In this document: positions 54,420 to 64,000 of the stretch, one piece after another
How the letters are laid out: each line of letters begins with the position of its first letter
Position numbering within the stretch: position 1 is the stretch's first letter
From: the human T2T-CHM13v2.0 reference genome, Homo sapiens
Direction: 5' to 3' (one strand)
Assembly: GCF_009914755.1 (NCBI RefSeq)
Contig: NC_060928.1
DNA length: 64,000 nucleotides
Notes under the pieces: model-generated
What the model was told of the DNA's origin: nothing
Seen by the model: the letters and a program-made list of their open reading frames with translations, nothing else
Databases searched by the model: none
Made by a program: the position numbers and the translations under genes

Positions 54420-55184
54420 CCTGGATCTATCCACCCTCCTGAAAAATAGACCAATGCTGTCCCCAACCCACTGCTCTCTTTCTGATGCTTGTCCGAATGG
54501 CCTCCTTCACATCTTCTGTCCTTTTCCCCTGCTCAGTCCCTTCTCTTTTCTAGGCAGCACAAAGAGGCCAGTTGCACACCCCATGGGCGTGGAGAGACAC
54601 CTGCCTCTATCCCATGCCCCTTTGTGAGTACCACACTCACAAGACTAATAATGTTTAAGGATTACTTCAATAATCTAAAAAGAAAAATTGATTTTCTTTC
54701 CCCATTTTGAAACTCATCATTTTCTACATAGCTAAAATAGTTGAAATTCACTATTAAACATTTGTAATATGCAGATTTTTTTACAAATATTACCACATTG
54801 TCTTCATGCCATTGTGTCCGGAATTGGTGGGTTCTTGGTCTCACTGACTTCAAGAATGAAGCCTCGGACCCTCGCGGTGAGTGTTACAGCTCTTAAGGTG
54901 GCGCGTCTGGAGTCTGTCCCTTCTGATGTTCAGATGTGTTCGGAGTTTCTTCCTTCTGGTGGGTTCGTGGTCTCGCTGGCTCAGGAGTGAAGCTGCTGAC
55001 CTTCGCGGTGAGTGTTACAGCTCATAAAAGCAGCGTGGACCCAAAGAGTGAGCAGTAGCAATATTTATTGCAAAGAGGGAAAGAACAAAGCTTCCACAGT
55101 GTGGAAGGGGACCCGAGCGGGTTACCAATGCTGGCTCGTGCAGCCTGCTTTTATTCTCTTATCTGGCCCCACCCACATCCTGCT

Positions 55185-55800
55185 GATTGGTAGAGCTGAG
55201 TGGCCTGTTTTGTCAGGGCCTGATTGGTGCGTTTACAATTCCTGAGCTAGATACAAAGGTTCTCCAGGTCCCCATCAGATTAGCTAGATACAGAGTTTCG
55301 ACACACAGGTTTCTCCAAGGCCCCACCAGAGCAGCTAGATACAGAGTGTCGATTGGTGCATTCACAAACCTTGAGCTAAACACAGGGTGCTGATTGGTGT
55401 GTTTACAAACCTTGAGCTAGATACAGAGTGCCGATTGGTGTATTTACAATCCTTGAGCTAGACATAAAGGTTCTCCACGTCCTCACCAGAGCAGCTAGAT
55501 ACAGAGTGTCGATTGGTGCATTCACAAACCTTGTGCTAAACACAGGGTGCTGATTGGTGTATTTACAAACCTTGAGCTAGATACAGAGTGCCGATTGGTG
55601 TATTTACAATCCTTGAGCTAGACATTAAAAGGTTCTCCACGTCCTCACCAGAGCAGCTAGATACAGAGTGTCAATTGGTGCACTCACAAACCTTGAGCTA
55701 AACACAGGGTGCTGATTGGTGTGTTTATAAACCTTGAGCTAGATACAGAGTGCCGATTGGTGTATTTACAATCCCTGAGCTAGATATAAAGATTCTTCAT
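55185..55800 (-). promoter_or_regulatory. LTR12 enhancer/promoter tandem array with 11 CCAAT (NF-Y) boxes
   Basis: 11 ATTGG counted on plus strand in ~40-bp subunits forming ~160-bp higher-order units. Confidence 0.75.
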
Positions 55801-56081
55801 TTCCCCACCAGACTCAAGAGCCCAGCTGGCTTCACCTAGTGGATCCCACACTGGGGCTGCAGGTGGAGCTGCCTGCCAGTCCTGCACCCTGTGCTCGCAT
55901 TCCTCAGCCCTTGGGTGGTCAATGGGACTGGGCGCCATGGAGCAGGGGGTGGTGCTCGTCGGGGAGGCTCGGGCTGCACAGGAGCCCATGGAGTGGGTGG
56001 GAGGCTCAGGCATGGCAGGCTGCAGGTCCCGAGCCCTGCCCCGTGGGAAGGCAGCTAAGGCCCGGCAAGAAATCGAGCTGA

Positions 56082-56393
<312 letters not shown>

Positions 56394-57963
56394 AAGAAAT
56401 CGAGCTGAGCGCCGGTGGGCCGGCACTGCTGGGGGACTCAGTACACCCTCCGCAGCCACTGGCCCGGGTGCTAAGTCCCCCATTGCCCGGGGCCAGTAGG
56501 GCTGGCTGGCTGGCTGCTCCGAGTGCGGGGCCCGCCAAGCCCACGCCCACCCAGAACTCCAGCTGGCCCGCAAGCGCTGTGTGCAGCCCCAATTCCTGCT
56601 TGCGCCTCTCCCTCCACACCTCCCTGCAAGCTGAGGGAGCCGGCTCTGGCCTTGGCCAGCCCAGAAAGGGGCTCCCACAGTGCAGCGGCGGGCCGAAAGG
56701 CTCCTCAAGTGCCGCCAAAGGGGGAACCCAGGCAGAGGAGGCGCCGAGAGCAAGCGAGGGCTCTGAGGACTGCCAGCACGCTGTCACCTCTCACCATTGT
56801 CTTTATACCATTCCTATGAGAGAGATCAGCAGCTTTATCCTGACTTACAGGTTTGGAGTGGACTATAAATAAATTGGGAAGGTATCGTAAATTAGCTTTT
56901 TGAAACTGGAATTAGTGTCCTGTCTTAAAGTCTGCAGGAATTACAAGACTCGAGGAAGAGAATCATTGGTGGTTTGGGAAGCTCTGACAAACAATTAAGT
57001 AGAGAATGATTTAGTACACAGCTCAGTTCCTGAACATTCTCATTGCTGCCTCTGGTTACAAAAAAATCTTGCCAAGACAAAAATGTTACTTCTGTATAAA
57101 TCCCTCTCATTCGAACTTAAACATAATAACTAATAATATCCAGAATGATGACTTGAATTTTATAATCAGTGTTAAGTGGATTTTAAATACAGAAAATTTC
57201 ATGAACTTTCATGGCTTTAACTAAACATGTTTGAATATGGTAAGGATTTTTCTATGTGTATATTACTATGCAGTGTGGCTCTGACTCTGATTGCATTCAA
57301 TATTCCATCTGATTAAACCATGTTTACTCATTTCTCCCCTCACTAGATGCCCTTCTTGAAACCTTCCCTCAATACTCCTATGAGGAGGCTTTAAATGCTC
57401 TGAATCTATTACAAAGATAAATACCAGGGAAGTCAATTTTAACAAACCTTGAAATAACCTAAATGTCTATTAGTAAGAAAGTAATTAAATTAAAAATGTT
57501 GTATACTCATGTGATGTAATATTTTGCAGCTGGAAAAAAGTAAAATAGAATACAGTTGTTTATTTGGAAAAATGTCCATATATGTTGCTAATTTCTAAGA
57601 CAAAAAGGAAAGTTTCAGAATGAAGTGTATAATGGTTGCACTTATGTTAAAACTCTATACACCCATAGCTTCAGAAACATGAAGGTAAATAGATTAATAT
57701 CTATAGCTGTAGATAGGTTAAAATAAAGAAAGGTGGATGGATAGATGGGTAGAAAGACAGAAAGGAAGTAGACATGAAGATATTCATGAGAATTTTTGAA
57801 AAAGAATCAAACGATTCTGATAACAAATGTTAATTTCTGGGGAGTTCAAATGAAATGTGAGAAAAGAGACTTTCACTTTCTTCTAAATACTTTTACAGAG
57901 TGTTTGAATTTTTTGTAAATGCGTATTACACTTAAAATTTTTAATTATTAATTTTTGTAGGTA

Positions 57964-58511
57964 TGTGACTGAGTATCCCATTTTTCTAAGAGATAGCTTA
58001 TTATTTTTCTCTCTCTTCTTTTTCCTCTCCTCCTTTTCCTCACTTCTTACTTAGCTCTTTAGAAATGCAATTATAGCCTCTTATCTCCCATTTACCAGGC
58101 ACTCCTTACAGGGCAAGTTCATCTCCAGAGCAGAACCCTCACCCATCAGGAGGTTGCCTTGGGAGATAACAGTTGATTGACAACCCAGCATATGCCTGCT
58201 AGAGTTTTTGGCTGCATTTACAGCCTGTTTCTGCCCATGAAGAAGCCAACTCGAATGCCCGGTAGATAAGGCACCAAAGTAAGTACGCAGCCCTCTTACC
58301 TGCTCCCTTCCATCTCCCATAGGTCCCCCCTTTAAAAGGGCCCACTCTGTGCTCCAAAAGGGAAGCAGTACCCTTATGGTAGGAACCTGTGCTTCTTCCC
58401 CAAAGGTAGCTTTGGAAAAAAAAAAAAAAAGTCATTTTCTTTATACCAGACCTCACTCTTTTTAACTGGACTCTGCAAGTGGCAAGGGACTAAACCTGCA
58501 TTTTGGTTCCA
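57964..58511 (+). mobile_element. MER66-like ERV1 solo LTR
   Basis: tgtgactgagtatcccatttttctaagagatag...ttctttataccagacctc...ggactctgcaag. Confidence 0.65.
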
Positions 58512-58751
58512 ACTACAGAGTAGGTATATACACTTATGGGGTAGGTGAGATATTCTGATACAGGCATACAGTGTGTAATCATCACAAAACAGGGTATCCA
58601 TCACCTCAACTATTTAACTTTCGTGTTACAGACAATCCAATTATACTCTTTTAGTTATTTTTAAATGTACAATTAAATTATTATTGACTATAGTCACCCT
58701 GTTGTGATATCAAACACTAGATCTAATTTATTCTATCTTTGTACCCAGTAA
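58512..58751 (-). mobile_element. L1MA-type 3' end (its extreme 3' end lies at ~57938-57963)
   Basis: aatccaattatactcttttagttatttttaaatgtaca...gactatagtcaccctgttgtg; TSD tacacttaaa. Confidence 0.75.
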
Positions 58752-59090
58752 TACACTTAAATTTTTACCATTACATCTTTTCAGAGTACCTAGCATTTGC
58801 TTTGTATCCCAAATATTCTGCCTGTCTCATTGCTAGACATTTGCATTGACTCAGTCGCTTATTCCCCAACTAGACATCTTAGCTATTTCTACTCACTGCC
58901 TGTTGTCTGAAATAGCTTCCTACCTCGATTTTGCCTTTCTTTGCATTTTCAAACTCTAAAGTTTACTTCTCCTAGGAAATAAACTGGTTATATAAATGTG
59001 GGTAATCATTCATTCCCATCTACTGAGCATAACTTCAGACATTTTCCCTCTTAGTCCAAAGAGCAATTAACTTTATTTTTAAATTAAATA

Positions 59091-59170
59091 TAGGTTGGTG
59101 CAAAAATAATTGCATTTTTTGCCATTGAAAGTAAATGGCAAAAACCGCAATCACTTTTGCACCAATCTAA
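59091..59170. mobile_element. MADE1 (Hsmar1-derived mariner MITE)
   Basis: 80-bp near-palindrome taggttggtgcaaaa...ttttgcaccaatctaa flanked by TA. Confidence 0.93.
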
Positions 59171-60401
59171 TATTTAAATTACATGCTTCCAACATGAGGC
59201 ACACAACCTTCAATAAAGATATTTTCTCTAACAACCATGAATACATGTTAAAGATTCAACAATGGGAAGAAATGTCTTGGAAGAATCATGTTATAGGAAA
59301 GAATAGAACTAATTAGGAATGTAAATATAATTTAGAATACGGTCTCTCAAGAGAATTGATCCTGGACTTAGCCAATTATTAGCATAGTGTCCCGGCTGCT
59401 TCAGGACTATTATTCAACTTCCAAACTCTTACCCTTTGAATTAAATTGGTATTTTACTAGTTTGCAGAGGACTGGCAGATTCCTTGAAACTTGCGCCCCA
59501 TCCCACTAGAAATTTCGTCTTCAGGAACCACTTCATTGCAGGCATGCCGCAGCCGCCCCCGATCCCTTCCCACCGCCCCACTAGGCTTATGACTTTAATA
59601 GAGTTGTCTGCTTCTGGGTTATCTGCCTCACACTGTGATGGCCTCACTTCCATTCCATTTGCTTAGCTTCTAGCACTGTCGCGCATAGAGGTGGGCACTT
59701 AATAAATGCTGCCAACCATGTCAAGGTAATGAGAGCAGTTAAATGAGCAGCTGAACTCCATTTATTCAGAAGTGCTTGTTGCATGTTTACTGTGTACATT
59801 GTGTTATATGTTAATGGGAGGCTGTAAAATGATTCCATTTATTCATCATTGCAATGAGGCCATTGAACTGGATGATCTCTACAGTAATTGCACATCTAGT
59901 ACTCTGTGATTCTAAACGTAAATTTCCACATGAGAGAACAAAGTTTCTTTCCTTGATTTAAACTTATGTATGCAGAAATACAATATTTGTATGTAAAAAT
60001 ACTAGAAAATATGAGCAAATATTTAAGTAGTATGAAAAGTGCTAAAGGAATCTAAAGAATTTGAGAGAGATGGGTGGAGAATGCTTTTTGGACAAGGTAG
60101 GTCTTTAGCAGAGTCTTTAAGAATGTGATGAATGGGACTTAATAGAGTAAATTTGAATTAATTCCAAGTAGTGAGTGATTGGAGGAGAAATCCAATGTTC
60201 ATTCTTGTCCCTTCCACACCCAGAAATGAAACCATGACCCCTTTACTTAGAGGTAGGATGATTTGCATTTACAATCAGTGATAGGCAATGCAACAATTGA
60301 CAAAATATAAAGGTAGAGTTACCATTTAGTGAACCCTAAGAAATGCAGTAGTGCATCTGGCACAAGCGGGAAGGCTGGAATTTCAGAATGGAAAGAACTG
60401 G

Positions 60402-60708
60402 GGCCGGGAGCAGTGGCTCACATCTGTAATCCCAGCACTTTGGGAGGCCGAGGCGGGCAGATCACGAGGTCAGGAGATCAAGACCATCCTAGCTAACATG
60501 GTGAAACCCCATCTCTAATAATAATACAAAAAAATTAGCCAAGCGTTGTGGCGCACACCTGTAGTTGCAGCTACTCAGGAGGCGGAGACAGGAGAGTCGC
60601 TTGAACCCAGGAGGCAGTGCTTGCAGTGAGCTGAGATCGCACCACTGCACTCCAGCCTGAGTGCAGAGCGAGATAGAGCGAGACTCCATCTCCCAGAAAA
60701 AAAAAAAA
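60402..60708 (+). mobile_element. Alu (AluSc-like) with a 10-bp internal duplication near its 3' end
   Basis: Full dimer; cagagcgaga/tagagcgaga. Confidence 0.93.
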
Positions 60709-62167
60709 CAACCTGGAGAGGAAAAGGCAGTGGTGTGAAGACGAAAAGAGAGGAGCTCTGTGTGAAAGCTATAGACGTCCAGGGAAGACCTGAACACCTC
60801 CACTTTACAGCTCTATGCTTTTGCACAACGCTGGTAGAAAAGAGATCTAGAAAGAGGCATGTTAATTTCTCCACTCTCCAACTCAACTCTGCACAACTGA
60901 GATTTACAAAAGATAACTCGAGTTAAAGGCTGCTTAAAATCTAGGTCTCTTATGTGTCTGCTTGGTAAGAAGCTGGACATGGATGGAGGAAATGGTAGCC
61001 AGGGACTTCACTGGTTCAGGATAGCAAATCAAGATTATTTCCTAGTCAAAAAGACAAGAGTGAAGAAAGCAATCCAACTTCCCCCCAAGAGCATCCTAGC
61101 AGTCCTACATGAGACTAACTCCAGGAACACAAATCCAGTGAAGCAGTCACGATCATTTAAAAAATTTTAAAAATCCGTAACATCTTTCAAGAAAACACTA
61201 AATTTGTTGACCCATTTTCAAGACTCTTTCTTTAATGATTGCTCATAAAATTTTAGAAGCTGACACAAACTAATAGAAATATGCACAACTCAGTATACCC
61301 TATTCCTTACTACCACTAACTGAAAACCTGAATGAGCTACACTCTCTTTTTTATACTGGATTAAATAGACATTGTTATTTTCTCTGACTCTCCAGAGGCA
61401 AAACTGAACATAAGCTACAAAAATTTACATTTTCAACAGAATGCAGTTTTCTTTTGTATAAAACCTTCTAGATATTTATTCTCTAGCTTCATTTGTTCAC
61501 CTGCTTGCTTGGAAAAAAATGATTTATAAGAAGTCTCTCTGGCCAGGTTGCCCAATGTAGTTAGCAAACTAGCAAGATGAAACAGCTGAGACTATCTGTT
61601 AGCTTCCTAATTTTCCAAAGATCACCTTACAAACCAATTAAAGTTTATGATGAATTATGAGCAGGACTATCATGTGTCTAGCATTAGAGGTCATAATTTA
61701 AGCCCCCAAAAATCTATGATATTAGACAAATTATGAATTCTGAGATTTGTTAGCATCATACTCTGAAAGGAACTGCAGATTCTCTAGTTCAAATCCTTTT
61801 ATTAATATTACAGATGTGGAAACAGTTGGATTGCTCTGAGTGAAAATCCCCCCCTTAATTGTGACCTTAAAATTATACTTGATGTATCCATCCTGCCAAA
61901 TGAGTAAGAGCTATTATGACAAAAAAATATAACAGAAAAGCAGAATATTTCTTCTAAATAGCCACAATGGGTAAAACATTTCCATGTCTACTAATCTAGC
62001 TGACATGTGACACTGTTCTGGGCCAAGTGAAGGCTTTGCTGATGTATTTTTTGTCTCTGTACTTCTCATAGAAACTCATACAGAGATCATGATTGAAAAA
62101 GTTTCTTTCAGCTGTGTAATTTAATCAACCTGACCTCCTAAGCCTCTCAAGACTTTAAGAACAGGCT

Positions 62168-62459
62168 GGCCGGGTGCGGTGGCTCACACTTGTGGTCCTA
62201 GCACTTTGGGAGGCCGAGGTAGTAGATTATGAGGTCAGGAGTTCAAGACCAGCCTGGCCAACACGGTGAAACCCTGTCTCTACTAAAAATACAAAAAAAA
62301 AATTAGCTAGGCGTGGTGGTAGGCACCTGTAATCTCAGCTACTCAGGAGGCTGAGGCAGGTAATTGCTTGAACCTGTGAGGCAGAGGTTGCAGTGAGCCG
62401 AGATCGTGCCACTGCACTCCAGCCTGTGCAACAGAGACTCCATCGCAAAAAAAAAAACA
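62168..62459 (+). mobile_element. Alu (AluSg-like)
   Basis: Full dimer; TSD aagaacagg. Confidence 0.95.
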
Positions 62460-62729
62460 AAGAACAGGTTGATGTAATTCCTTCCTAGACAAGATTTCAG
62501 TTGAAGAACTACTTGATACGGTTCATTTGGAGCTGTTCTTTGTCCCTTAATTGTAACAGACTTAGATGGAGTTGGCTTGGCAGGTTATAAAACTACTACA
62601 GGGACAGAGTACTGTGGTGGTTTTTGTTGAATAAAACCTGAGAATCTACTTCCTAAGATTCTACTGTAGAGATGTATATCTGTGTACGTGTGTGTGTATA
62701 TATGTATGTGTAAAATTATAAATAATTTG

Positions 62730-62781
62730 TGTGTGTGTGTATGTATACATATATATATATATGTATACATACACACACACA
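62730..62781. repeat. Perfect 52-bp alternating purine-pyrimidine palindrome
   Basis: t(gt)5 atgtatacat (at)5 atgtatacat (ac)5 a. Confidence 0.95.
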
Positions 62782-62839
62782 TTCAGAGACACTTGTCTTT
62801 ATTCTATCACTACATGAAAAAACATTTTTAAAGCTTTCC

Positions 62840-63199
<360 letters not shown>

Positions 63200-63349
63200 T
63201 TATAAATTTATTCTTCTATCTTAAATTTTAGGTCTAAATGACTGATCCTCAAACCACCTACTTTCACAAATGCTTTTAAATATGTTCACGTTTCCACTCA
63301 CATATATCATGATTATGTAATATATTTTAATTGAAGTCCTCATTCCTTC

Positions 63350-63740
63350 TTTTAATCATTCATCCAACAAAAGGTAGAGGACCACTCTGTGCTGGGCACA
63401 GGCTTGGGCTCTGAGGGTTCATCAGAGGCACAGAGCACACATTTCACTCCGCGATAAGTATCCTAACACACCGTAAATGAGTAAATAGAAATGAGTAAAC
63501 GATATATACTATCAGAAGGTGATAAGTACTATGGAGAAACATATAGTATAGTAAGTGGGAAGGGGGACAGAAAATCTGGGGAGGTTGCAGTATTAAATAG
63601 GGTGGCCAGCTGAAGATATCAGTGAAAGGATAACATTAGAACCCAAAAAAATGAATGTAGTGAGGGAGTAGTGGGAAAAGTGGATTTCAAGTAAGGCACC
63701 AGCAAATGCAGAAGTCCTGAGGCAGGAGCATGTGAGGCTG
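63350..63740 (-). mobile_element. L2 fragment
   Basis: cagaaggtgataagtactatggagaaa...taaatagggtggcca...cagcaaatgcagaagtcctgaggcaggagcatg. Confidence 0.65.
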
Positions 63741-63779
63741 GAAGCCACTAGACAACCTAAGGAGAGATGTCATGCGGCC

Positions 63780-64000
63780 TAAAAATGGACCAAGGACATG
63801 AGCAGCTACTTTTCAAAAGAAGACATACAAATAGCCAACAGGCATATGTAAAACTGTTCAACATCACTAATCATCAGAGAAATGCAAATTGAAACCACAA
63901 TGAGATAGCATCTCATGCCAGCTAGAATGGCTATTACCAAAAAGACATAAAATAACAGATTTTGGAGTGGATGCAGAGAAAAGGGAACTCATACACTGTC
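63780..64000 (+). mobile_element. L1 (L1PB/L1PA-type) ORF2 3' fragment, running off the window
   Basis: tcaaaagaagacatacaaatagccaaca...caacatcactaatcatcagagaaatgcaaat. Confidence 0.85.

Noticed and set aside
55320-55800. Regularly spaced repeats superficially like a CRISPR array
   Set aside because: Units are tandem without unique spacers; standard LTR12 enhancer repeats in a mammalian genome

Overview
Human (primate) non-coding, repeat-dominated genomic DNA. The human assignment rests on an AluYb8, a human-specific subfamily. I find no credible protein-coding exon, tRNA, rRNA or processed pseudogene, and no new multi-gene system. The ORF-track hits are Alu, L1 or LTR remnants or chance ORFs. 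Main elements: a full-length, inactivated L1PA7-like LINE-1 (37429-44166, minus), a solo LTR12C carrying an AluYb8 (54813-56793), a solo MLT2A1, 11 Alus, older L1M/L2/MIR/MaLR copies, and DNA-transposon MITEs (Tigger4b, MER8, MER20, MER5A, MADE1). The unexplained structure is of two kinds. First, a cluster of local templated duplications: a ~478-bp inverted copy, an ~87-bp inverted flank copy inside a MER8, an 84-bp spaced direct doublet, a 245-bp copy inside L1 ORF2 and a 140-bp tandem. Second, a CpG-retaining patch with YY1 and ETS motifs inside an ancient L2. Repeat subfamily names come from recalled consensus sequences, not from a database search. Identities were counted by hand, and boundaries of old elements are approximate.
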